A stretch of DNA of 64,000 nt, from positions 10,416,001-10,480,000 of the forward strand of contig JAQFVV010000002.1 in NCBI GenBank assembly GCA_028023455.1. Reading direction: 5' to 3'. The notes below the pieces were generated by a model. The model ran no database searches. It saw only the letters and a list, made by a program, of their open reading frames with translations, and had not been told where the DNA came from. A program made the translations under genes and the position numbers. The DNA is from Epiperipatus broadwayi (taxonomy: Eukaryota > Animalia > Onychophora). Of this stretch, positions 52,850-64,000 are shown piece after piece. The first letter of the stretch is position 1. Each line of letters opens with the position of its first letter.

Positions 52850-55010
52850 GACTTATCACACTCCAAGAAACTCCTATACCTTTCAGATTTCAGCTGGTTT
52901 CAATATGGTTCTTTTCAGAATGGGAAACACATGATGTTCCTGAGCATATCTGTTTTTTGGACTATGGATTTAAACTCCCAACTTTTTCCCCTTTTTCTCT
53001 TCCTCTTTCTAGCCATCCTCCCTACTTTAACCTCTATATCATCACTTCCTATTACTACTTCAAAGTCTAGTTGTTTCCAGTAAGTTTTATCCTCTACCCT
53101 CACTTTCAAGGTAATCCTTCTCTGGTTAGTTTTATTTCCTAGCCCTTCTTCATCTAATAGGTATCACTGATACTGTTTCCTTTTGGATACTGTCTGCCAA
53201 GATCCCCTTTGGATCCCCACACCCTATATATTCTTCACCCAAAGCACACTTCTTTCTCTGCTCCCAATCAACATTATCCCTTAATTCCTTTATTGGTCCT
53301 AACTGATCGCATTCAATGCTATTCTCTATTTTCTCCTCATGAATTTCTCCTATGTCTTTCTTCCTTTTATTTATCCCTATGTGATTTTTCCCTCATATTT
53401 TCTATTTCTCCATCTATTCCTGAATTGATCCACATGCCTTGATCCTCAGCTATTTATACCCCCACTTTTCTTGTTCAGACTGGCCTTCTCTTGTCTCTAC
53501 TGTACTCAGGTCAACCTGATGTTCATCTAAGATCTGCTTGATTGCTCCTACTTTTAAACTATCCTCCTCATCTCAATCTTTTATTTTGATACTATCCTGC
53601 TCAATCCTTTCTTCTATCTCCAAAGCTATATCTTCCTCCCTCTGTTCTATGTCCAATGGATCTCATTTGGTCTCTTCAGCATTAAGGGATCCTGTTTGCA
53701 CTTCTTCCCTGTTTCTACACTATATTGTCTATTCTGTTTGTCTTGGGTTTTGATTTCTGAAACCCCAGATCTGTTTCCACCTTGTTTAAACTATCCTGGT
53801 CAGCCTCTATCAAATTGGTCTGAGATTGGCTTCCCTTTTGAATGCTCTTAGTTTCTTTCTCCACCCCCTCTACTATTTCTTCTAATGCCTATAATCTTTT
53901 CTCAAACTCTGGATATCACTCCTTATCTCAGCTCTTTCTTCAGCAGATACCTTGTTCCCTTGGGTGAGGTTTTCTTTCACCTCATACAACTTCTCTTGCA
54001 GTTCCTCATGCAATTCTTGCAAACCTTTGATGGTGACTTCTTGCTTCTTCTGACACCTTCATCTCTCTACTAAACCACTGCAGACTGGGATATTGCACCC
54101 TGGATGAATATTTCATCCTTGGCTACCTTATCTCAAAGCAGTACAAATTCCATTTTCAGGGTCTGTATGGCCTCGGCAGTCTCCTTTTATGATCCTTTCT
54201 CATGAACTTAGCATGTACCTCTTCATAATTTTTTTAGCAATCTCTTAACTCTTCCAAGCAATCTGTCTATTCTTCAACTCAATTTTTTAATGTAGGATTT
54301 GGAGACTACTTATCTTTTCTGCCCAGTCCTGTTGATTCATTTTCATCATTTCTGCCCAGTCATATTGGTTCATTTCCATCTTTTAGTTCAGGTCTTAGAG
54401 GCTCTTTTTCATTTATGACCTGTCTTGTTGATTATTTCCATTATCTCTTCCCAGTCTCTAGCTTCCAACTTTTTCTCTGCTCCTTTTTTCTAGCCTCTAA
54501 CTCCTCCTTTGCATTTTTCTCTATAGCCTCTAACTTTTCCTTTACCCCTTTTAATATGCTGACAACAGCTCCTGCATGTCCGCATTCACACCCTTTCCCA
54601 GATCCTGATTCTGCATCATCTTAGGTGGCTCCTTAACATACAAGGGTCACTCATGGGCTTCCTCCTTCTACCTTTCCTTCTGTATTACTATCTTTAACAA
54701 TCTCTCCCTGATCGAAGTGTTTTTCCTTTACCTTAGGCCTCCTGCTCTAGTTTTCCCTCACTTTCTATTTTTTCCTCTGCACTCACTTTTTCCACTGTCC
54801 TCTTCTGTGCTACTGTCCATTTGATCAAGTTTATGTTATGCTTAAATCTCTCTATATTAAGATAATTGGTCTCACTCTTTTCCTTAAACCCTATAATGGT
54901 TAATTTTGCCATCCCCCAACAAAGAAAATAATCTATCATGTTCCCTCCTATACTGCCATACTAAACCTATTTTCCTTATCCTTTTCTAATTCACCCTGTG
55001 CCTACATATA
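52850..55010 (-). pseudogene. Decayed purine-rich, Glu/Lys-rich (coiled-coil-like) coding relic, possibly gag or ORF1 of a retroelement
   Basis: Abrupt GC rise and strong GA skew on the minus strand; interrupted E/K/R-rich reading frames; no diagnostic motif recognised. Confidence 0.4.
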
Positions 55011-56100
55011 ACTTATCATCTAAATGATTAATAGTAATAAAAAAAAAATTTATCAGAGCCTTCTTGATCTTCCTCAGCTGCAGTTATTAGAAAAAAATAT
55101 TAATTCATGATCACTAAGTTTGTCATGTTTACAAATTGAGTCCAAGTATATGGATATTAATGATCTCACCTAACTTTTTTTGTGTGTTCTCACATTCCAG
55201 TCCAAATCCTACAAATACAAAATTGATAATCGATCCCTTGAGTTTCTCTGCTTCTGGAAACAAATTTGTATGAGGATGGCTCTAAACCTGTTGAGTCAGC
55301 CTTGGGCACCAGTTATCAGTAGGTGAACACACATATATATGAAAAATAACAGAACTTAAGATTTACAATATGCATTAACAAAATATAATTGGTAAGTTAT
55401 ATTATGGATTTATGTGTATCAAATTTAAAACTTCAAAATTGAAAATAATTTACCAGTCTCATGTGAAAAAAATTTTTTTTTTATAAAAATTTAACAAAAA
55501 TATAATTGGAGAAAAGAAAAAGAAAAAAAAAACCTATATATATATAAACAAGTATTATTTTCTCAGGGGATCATGGGGTGTCCCTAAGTTGGCACCATAA
55601 TTGGAAAAAGAATATAAACATATATTTATTGTGCATCCATGTGCAGTCAGTTCAGGGCCATTAAAAGTAATCATAGCACCATGTTTGAGCATCCATAATC
55701 AAAAAAATACATGTACACATATTATTAAAAAAATTCTCATCAAGAGGATTAAGGTGATTTGTATCTGGGTTCAGAGATGTGAGTGTTTTAATCAATGTGC
55801 TACAAATGGGTGGCTATAATTGGGAAAAGCAATACATATATAATGTGATGCAACATGTTGCCTCTGGGGAAAAACTGTCCAAGGTCATGGAAATAATCAA
55901 AGCCCCACACTTTGGCATCCATAACTGGGGGAAATGTGCTAGTATACAGGGTCATGGAAGTAAGTGACAGGCCCTATGATTGGCATCCATAATCGGAAAA
56001 AAATTACATATACAACTATATATATATATATATATACAATGGGTCTCTGGGACAAAACATTAACCTATGTAATGGTCATATTTGTGCAATCATGCAACAA

Positions 56101-58915
56101 AATCTGGCATATTATTCTAAAGATGATCCAGATGATAAGTTGAGACCTTGAATCTGACCACACTTCAACTCCTTTACCAATGTTCTGTGATTTACTACCC
56201 TATGGGTGACATGCATGAGGTTATACTTGGTCTCAATTTAATTCATGAGTGGACATAGAAAAAGGGGGAACATGAGACTCAGGAATGACTGACAATCACT
56301 AATAATATTAACTAAACATACACTTATGGCTAACTAAATTAATACATATAAATTAACACCTTAATACTGAATTTTTATTGATTTAGAGTGGTTTGAAGTA
56401 GATGTGAGAGGTACATGAAACAGTATTACAATTTAGATATCTTTAATAAATAAAACAAGCAAATTAATTAATATAAAAACAACAAATGTGCATTGGTTAT
56501 GTTTTACACATGCAGGTGTTATAACAATGATGAGCCAATTTAGATTACAGGAGTCTCATCTTTTAGAATGCAGTTTAGATATATTTTTATTATTATTGTT
56601 TATTTTCTGTGACTAATATGTTATGCCAACTATTCTGGGTTTGCTATGAGGAGGTAAATCTTACAGAGATGATGTATGGTAAAACATAATTTATTCATAC
56701 TAACATATACATTATAAGCAATAAGTGTATTATATACAGATTATTTAAGTAAACTAGATTCCACATTCAGATTAATGCTGAAGTTTATGATAATAGGGCA
56801 GAATGAATTGGTGTTTGCAGCAGAGCTTTTGATACTATGGTGTTAAATTACTAATAAGGATTGTGGTATGAATGTATAATTATTCATGGGATTTAATACC
56901 AAGTACTTGATTACCTTGGACCATATGACTTGCTAGCATAATGTAACATTAGTTTGGGTGATGAAGCTGCTTTAAATTTGATTACTGGATCCTCATGTTC
57001 CAGTTCTAAGGTGCTACTCCAAACTAAATAATGGGTGGCATATCACCATAAGCCCATTTTAATAAAGAAAGCATGGCAAGGCATAAATGCACATATAGTA
57101 TTTAGTAAAAACACATTTATAATACTTACTAAATAATATTAATACTAAATTTAAATCTATTGCATGAAATGCTGTAGTTTCTTTCTGCAAAATTACCTTA
57201 ATCCAGTTCTCAACTAGCATACTTTAAACATGCTAACAGGATTTCTCTAAAGCAATCTAGTTTAAAAATATTAAATCTGTATATTTCATCTAATAAACTA
57301 GGGAAGAGAAAAGCTTATTTAGGAGGTTAGTTAATAATTACTAATATATCATTATATATCATCTCTGCTATTATCTAACTATACATATATTATTAATTCA
57401 CAAACCTCACTGATAAGCTGTGTGCAGCAGTTAGTTGTTATATATGAGAATAGATTCCAAAATAGAGATTTATGTTTGCTAAAAACAGCATAAAATATTT
57501 TACAGGAAAGCTTCTAATCATCTCTCTCAAAGTTTACTAAATTACTTATCTCTGCTTTGAATTATGGCATACGATAACATATCAATGAAAATACAATAAA
57601 ATAATCAAAATAAAATAGGCATGACCACGGATTAGGAAAGTTAATAATAACTAGTTACAGTTATTACATTTAAGGGCAGTTATTTAAAATTACATATATA
57701 TTCATTTTTAATAGGTAAGATTGTTACAGTTATCAGTTTGTCTTAGAGTTACATCAGATTTATAATTACCTAGTTTAATTTTATTGAAGAGTTATTATTT
57801 ATAAGTTATGAGCATTCATTACAGATAACTAGCTTTAAGAAACTTATTAAGATCTTAATATTTCAAATAAGGATTTATAGAGCTCTGTAAAGAAGAATTA
57901 TTACCAGTCTTCTTCTCAGCTTGTTCTTCTGCCATTTGAATAGGCAGTGGCACTTTTTAATAGGTTGTTCTCCTTGGTGTCTTCTTTGTAGCTTATGGAA
58001 CTGATCTCTTCCATTCTGCAATGATGATGATGATTTGCAATGAAGAAGATCACCATTCTTCCAAAGAAAGATGGAAAAGATGGGCCTTCTTAACTGATCA
58101 TATTAATTTTAAAATGGGTGGAGTTCTCAGCAGCAACTGCTTTATTTTATAATAAGAAGTCATTTAGAGTGTTTAAATTTGGGTTTTTTAGATTAGTCTT
58201 CTGACTCCCCCCCTCCCCTGCAAAACTATTAACTTGTTTACAACTTTGATCTTTAATTTTAGCATCTTTTTAATGTTACATTAGCGCTTCAGTAAAACAA
58301 AAGTAAATCTCTAGCGAATTTAAAATAGTGCTGCTTGGATGATTTTTCTTTGTGCAAAATATATTTTAAATTTGTTATTTTTAAAATCTGTTTTCGACCT
58401 CCATTCAAGTCTAACCCAGGTGCATGAGGTGTTATGCTTTTACTAAGAATTATTCAATATTTTCAAACTAAATTATTTTAACATAAATGTTCTGCTATAT
58501 ATGTATCTTGGTAACATCTGGAATTGAATTTATATGTGAGTCTAAAATGAAATAAAAATAAATTTATACATTAAATTTATAACAAATTAAAGATTTAAAA
58601 TATAAATATAATTGCATTGTAATGCTGTTAAATCTATCACATTGGAGCCTCTATCACATGGGAGCCTCATTCACACACATATATATATATATATATAATT
58701 GCACTAATACATATATAATGATGTTTACACCATTTACGTTTAATTTATCATATAAATATAATTGGATATACGCATTACTGATATATATATATATACACAC
58801 ACACACATTAATGTACATGGATATATGTGCACTTGGATGTGCTTAAACTCAGAATAAATACTATTATGAAATGTAATAAGTGAAATGGTATATGTGTCAT
58901 TATATAACATTTCAA
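56101..58915 (+). repeat. Copy 2 of the ~2.8-kb direct repeat
   Basis: Colinear with 49627-52440. Confidence 0.92.
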
Positions 58916-59434
58916 TATATGTATATATATATATATCTTGGTTTTTGTGTATATTGTCCACTACAATCCTCTCTATCATCATTTTTTTAAATAATCATAT
59001 CCTTCACTTTAGCTAATCTTTTTTTTTAAATTTTATTATTTCCCATATTTCTGTTCTATACAGTACTACTTCACTCTGTAAAAAAAACTTAAGAGGAGGG
59101 ATCAGTTATACTATTTATATATGGAAAAAATATCATTAAATCTAAGTAAATTTTGAAATTAAACTTTGATCTACTTTCCAAGTATTAGATTTTCATTATA
59201 TACTTGTAAAGTTAAATATTTAAGTAGGGCAAACACAACATAGTTGGTGGATACGTATAGCAAAATGGCAATCACTAAAAGGGCTCTGAAAGCCTTTCAA
59301 AAACTGGTTAAAATGCCTAGAAAAATTAACAATAAATTTCTGTAAAGGTATGTATAGGAATGCCAAACATACAAGCAATCAACAGTTGTATGTTTGGCAC
59401 TCCTGCATATATTATATTCAGAAATATATATAAA

Positions 59435-60185
59435 TCATTTTTATCCATTATTGATTCATTGCAAGATGAATGTCTCTCCATGTTCAATCTTTTTTCTCCA
59501 ATTTCTACCCTCTCTTCTCCACTCCAAAACATCACTTCCTTATTTCATCCATTCATCTCACATGTGGTCACTTTTTAGATATTTAAAAATCTCTTGGAAT
59601 CCAGTTTATGATTCCATCTGCTCATATATTCTCATCTGGCCATCTACTATCATCTTTTCTACTAATATATCAAAAGCACATCTCAATCTCTCTAATTATT
59701 TCAATAATATCAGTTACAACCATTTGCTCTCATCACCCATGTATTTAGTTTTCCATCTCTTTTTATTATTTTTAGTGTGCATCCCTCCATACAACATTGA
59801 GTCATCTGAATTCTTTAAATTGCTTTTCTGTTAAATGTCTATGTCTCAGATCTATAATTTCTTAATTGGTTCTTATCAATAAAACACGTTTATTAAGAAC
59901 TTTCCTTTTCTAATACATATGTATATTTTCTTTTTGTATTAAGTTATTTCTATCAAAAACACTCGATCCAAGTTTAATTCTATGATTAATTTTATCCAAT
60001 ATGTTTCCATCAGTAGTAATAATCTGAACAAGATATTTGTAGTTGTTAGATTCTTCTAACTTATGATTATCAATCTTTATTTTCACCAATTGAGAAAATC
60101 TATTGATTGTTATTCTTTTAATATTTGTGTTTAGTTCTATTTTCTTACTTTCATCTGGTAACTCTTGCAAATTTTTCTGAATTTC
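59435..60185 (-). mobile_element. Old RTE LINE 3' fragment
   Basis: Colinear with 6604-7340; ORF MQELPDESKKIELN...YKYLVQII...NHRIKLG. Confidence 0.85.
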
Positions 60186-60876
60186 TAAAGCATAAGGTTT
60201 GACTATCTTAATATATACCTGAGCACTTATAGCATATATGTGTAGAGATGGTAATCTGGACCAACTGATGATTGCTGGTTTAGAAATACGTATATTGATG
60301 ATTATTTATCTTTTCAACATATATGTGTTCAAGTGTATCAGTGTTATGAGATAGTGTGGAGAGTGTTGGGTCGCATGAAAGTCTGTGCTCATATACCCTA
60401 TATATTACATATATAAACACAGGTATATAATGTCTGTGTGTTTCAGTTATTTCATAATAGAGATGTCTGCCCATCCCTTGCATATGTATTAAATGGATTA
60501 TGCCCTGTGCATGAGGGATCAGATTGATCTTGGGTCAACATGGGTGTGACAAGAATCGGCCTCAGAGTGGCGTTTGAGCATTCCATCATCAGACTTTCAA
60601 TTGGATGGATGGTTAAAGAGTTGGAGTGTGGAATAGATTGAAGCCTGTCCATTAAAGTATAAGGTTTGACTATCTTAATATATATATCTGAGCACTTATA
60701 GCATATAGGTGTATGGTAATCTGGACCAACTGATGATTGCTGGTTTAGCGTGAAATACTTATATTGGTGATTATTTATCTTTTCAACATATATGTGTTCA
60801 AGTATATCAGTGTTATGAGATAGTGTGGAGAGTGGTGGGTCGCGTGAAAGTCTGTGCTCATATACCCTATATATTA
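60186..60876 (+). mobile_element. Retrozyme-like element, copy C (older), with two degenerate hammerheads
   Basis: Same left boundary (within about 2 nt) and right boundary as copy A; period 465 bp. Hammerhead at 60260-60300 has a 3-nt deletion in stem II; the one at 60725-60768 has a broken palindrome (ATACTTAT). Confidence 0.85.
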
Positions 60877-61774
60877 TATCTGTAAAGTATATGTTGTCAT
60901 AATATTATCATTCTAAATATTCGGTCAAGTGGTACATTTTGTTCTTTCTGGGGGTGGATTGGTATCTCGCAAAAATATTTCCTCATAGCACTAAATCAAC
61001 TATTCATCAATATAGTTATTAATTATTGGCATATGAGCTAGCCGCAATAAAATAGAATAATAATTAAAGTTGTCATTTTCTAAGTTATAAACAAATTTCA
61101 TGTGATTTACCTGCTACTGTATAAATATCAATCAAATTATATGTACGTCGAGAGGCCAATGACAATCAATTAAATAATAAACCAAGTATTTACACATATT
61201 TATATAAATTAATAAACTTATATATATCATAAACTTGCAGAATCATTGTTTCTTTTATTTATAATATTAATATTTTAGTTATTAAATTATGCTTGCTCTG
61301 ACTAGATGTTCTCCCGCTAACCGTCTATATATAAAGGTCACGACCTTTAAATGGGTCAAACATATTTTATGCTAAAATATTTCATTATATAATTTCAAAT
61401 TAGAGTCTTTTTGTGTCTCCATTTTGCAATGATGGCAGAGAGAGATAAATTAGATCGGTATCATCGGGATTCTTGCTCATAAGTTGGTAGATCTGAAAAA
61501 TAGGCAAATAGGGCAGAGTTCATGAGTGTTCCTGACTTATGTATCTTGTGCATGACTGGACTCTAGGTACTTTTGCCTAGATGCTAGATCTTGTTATATG
61601 AACAGACAAAACCGACCGGTACAATATATATATATACTTAAATATTTTAATATGTGGAAATATCTGTTGAATTTTTATATTACAAAAACCATCATTGGAT
61701 GCCAATAGTAAAACTGAAAATGCTGTGCAATCTCTTGATGTTATATAGTAACTAAGGTGCTACAGTATTTATTT

Positions 61775-61990
61775 ACAGTTTTAAGAAAAAAAAAGCTAAT
61801 AACTTTTCACAATTTCTTATAAATAATAGACTGTTTCACCTAGTATTCAGATGTATATTTCCAATATATTGAAATATTTAAATATTTACACCTATTAAAA
61901 ATTCTCTTTATAACATCTGACTGATAGGTGAAACAGTCTATTATTTTTAAGGAATTGTGAAAGGGTATTAGCTTTTTTTTTTTTTACTGT
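61775..61990. repeat. MITE-like inverted repeat
   Basis: About 70-bp arms including aaataatagactgtttcaccta / taggtgaaacagtctattattt; outer ends acagt / actgt. Confidence 0.75.
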
Positions 61991-62094
61991 TTCACAAAAG
62001 TAAGTTGTGATAATACTATCATATTTAACAGTGAAGGTGACATAATGACATTGTCATCACTACATTTCTATATTATTTTAAAGTGATATATATG

Positions 62095-62330
62095 TTAAAT
62101 TATGGTGGATTCCAGGCTGCAGCAATTCTTTCTAAGAAGTTTCCATTTTAATATTAATTTTAAAAAAATTCCAAGAGATGTCAGTAGTATACAGATCTTC
62201 ATGGACCTTTGTCTGTGATTGACAGCACATTCTATTGTTCTGATAAAGTTATCAAGGAGATGATGATTTGTGATTGGTTGTTGCATTGGATTTATTTCTT
62301 CTGTGGCTAAATCTTATACAAAACATGATT
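62095..62330 (-). pseudogene. Possible LINE RT relic
   Basis: Weak resemblance to the LDISKAFD...KLL region; very degenerate. Confidence 0.25.
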
Positions 62331-63449
62331 TTCAGTAATTGTTAATGACTATGATGCAATATTCTTGTAAAAGACATTATTAAACTAAAAATTACATCAC
62401 TAGGGGGGTGGGGTTGAAAACATTTTATTTTTAAAAAGTCAGCTCTTAGAAAGTATACAAAATATGTTACAAAAATCAGAAATTACCACAGAAAAACTAT
62501 TAGAGTAAAAAGATAACAATTTTTGTAAAAACTGTAGTGAAAGATTTTAATAACAATTAATAATTTATTAATTTTAAAATTTTTTTTGTTTCTTTGATGA
62601 TAACTAATTCTAGATATATCATTTTTTTAATAACATAAAATTCTAATATGTAATATTTCATTAACTTTTAACTTTTTTGAATAGATATTGTTAAGCCAAT
62701 AATGATATTTGCCTTTGTTATCAATAGGAATGTCAGTTACATACTTATTTTGACCATTTTAAAATATTAATTTTTATTGTTTTAGAATTTTAATTATTAG
62801 AAGGCTTAAATATTTATGATATAGCCTATAAATAAATTTTATAATATATGTGAAAAATATTTAATTGCACACATAAAAAAAATCAAATATAGTATCTTAG
62901 TAAAAATTTTCATAGCTAGAATTCAAAAATTTGGGAGTTGGGCTGACACTGAAATACTGTAGCACTTTATACTCTATATAATATGAAGCTATTGCATGTA
63001 AAAGCATACACTTTTGGATGCAGGAAGTATTTACAGTTTGCTATTTTCATTAATTACTGCCTACCAAAATCTGATGGTGATTTTTGTAATATGAAAATTC
63101 AACAAATTTTTGCATATCGAAATATTTAAACATTTACATCTGTTAAAAATTATCAATTTATATATATATTGCTTATACTCTGTAATAAAATAAAACAACA
63201 TTCAATATCATCAGTGAAATGTAATTATCTATACATAATTATGCCAATACTTTTTACAAAGATGAAATATCAAGAACAGTAAATATAATCCAATCCATTT
63301 TGGGTGCAAATCATTTTTTTCAAAAGCAAACAAATATATATATATATAATAAATAAATAAAGTTTGATATCTGTATTTGTTTCACAATATATGTAATATA
63401 CAAATCAATATATATATCAAAATACAGTACAATTTATATAAATTATATT

Positions 63450-64000
63450 CTTTTAGAAGTACTTTTGACTATACACTTTGTAGTCTTTATCAACTATACA
63501 ACATTGAATAATCAAAATGAGACAACCTTTAACAATATCCATAGTTCAATTCAGATTTCCCATAATTCTGTTATCTTAACATTTGATGACTGGAAATTCA
63601 TTAACATTTGACGATTTCTTGAAATCAACATAGCCTCTTTTATTTTACGTTTATTATGACAACGTTCAATTTGAATAATTTTCATATTTTTATAATCAAA
63701 TTTAAATCCATATTGACAAGATTTATTATGATCAAATATAACTGATGATGAAGGTTTATTTACATCTGTTCCAGATTGATTCTCTTTTTGAATTCTATTA
63801 TATAAAAGCATATGCTCTTTTATTTTCTTCTCAAATAGCATATGCTTTTATATAATAGAATTCAAAAAGAGAATCAATCTGGAACAGATGTAAATAAACC
63901 TTCATCATCTGTTATATTTGATCATAATAAATCTTGTCAATATGGATTTAAATTTGATTATAAAATATGAAAATTATTCAAATTGAGCGTTGTCATAATA
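63450..64000 (-). mobile_element. 5'-truncated Penelope-like element (GIY-YIG C-terminus) with an inverted 5' segment
   Basis: ORF 63551-63841 (KIKEH...SVIFDH...FKFDYKNMKIIQIE...KRKIKEAMLI). Positions 63837-64000 are the reverse complement of 63652-63816 with three differences. Confidence 0.88.
63454..63497 (-). ncRNA. Hammerhead-shaped motif with U3-A8 core, probably inactivated (G12A)
   Basis: Minus strand tag-TTGATAA-a-gacta(caaagtgta)tagtc-AAAA-gtac-T-T-cta; palindrome AGTACT; lies about 55-100 nt beyond the GIY-YIG stop codon. Confidence 0.5.

Noticed and set aside
3892-63841. Most remaining short ORFs in the supplied track
   Set aside because: They are antisense shadows of TE ORFs or low-complexity F/I/L/Y/K-rich frames expected at this AT content.

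Overview
Very AT-rich eukaryotic DNA, probably from an invertebrate animal. No confidently identifiable host gene, rRNA, functional tRNA or CRISPR array was found. The window is mostly transposon-derived. It holds two near-full-length RTE-clade LINEs (6604-10423 minus, 19494-22460 plus), several older RTE/LINE relics, a 5'-truncated L1/Tx1-like LINE (11165-14270), a hAT transposase relic and many Penelope-like element (PLE) relics. It also has MITE-like inverted repeats, a tRNA-derived SINE with a 15-bp TSD, a ~0.9-kb inverted repeat pair and a ~2.8-kb direct duplication. The main signal is a hammerhead-ribozyme system found by reading the sequence. (i) A non-coding ~475-bp-period element occurs three times (8015-8717, 39422-39909, 60186-60876) and carries five minimal type-I hammerhead motifs with a palindromic stem III, i.e. 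a retrozyme-like, probably PLE-mobilised element. (ii) Three PLE relics each have a hammerhead-shaped motif just downstream of the GIY-YIG coding region in which the conserved C3-G8 pair is replaced by another Watson-Crick pair (A3-U8 twice, U3-A8 once). All alignments and folds were done by eye, so boundaries are approximate and ribozyme activity is untested.
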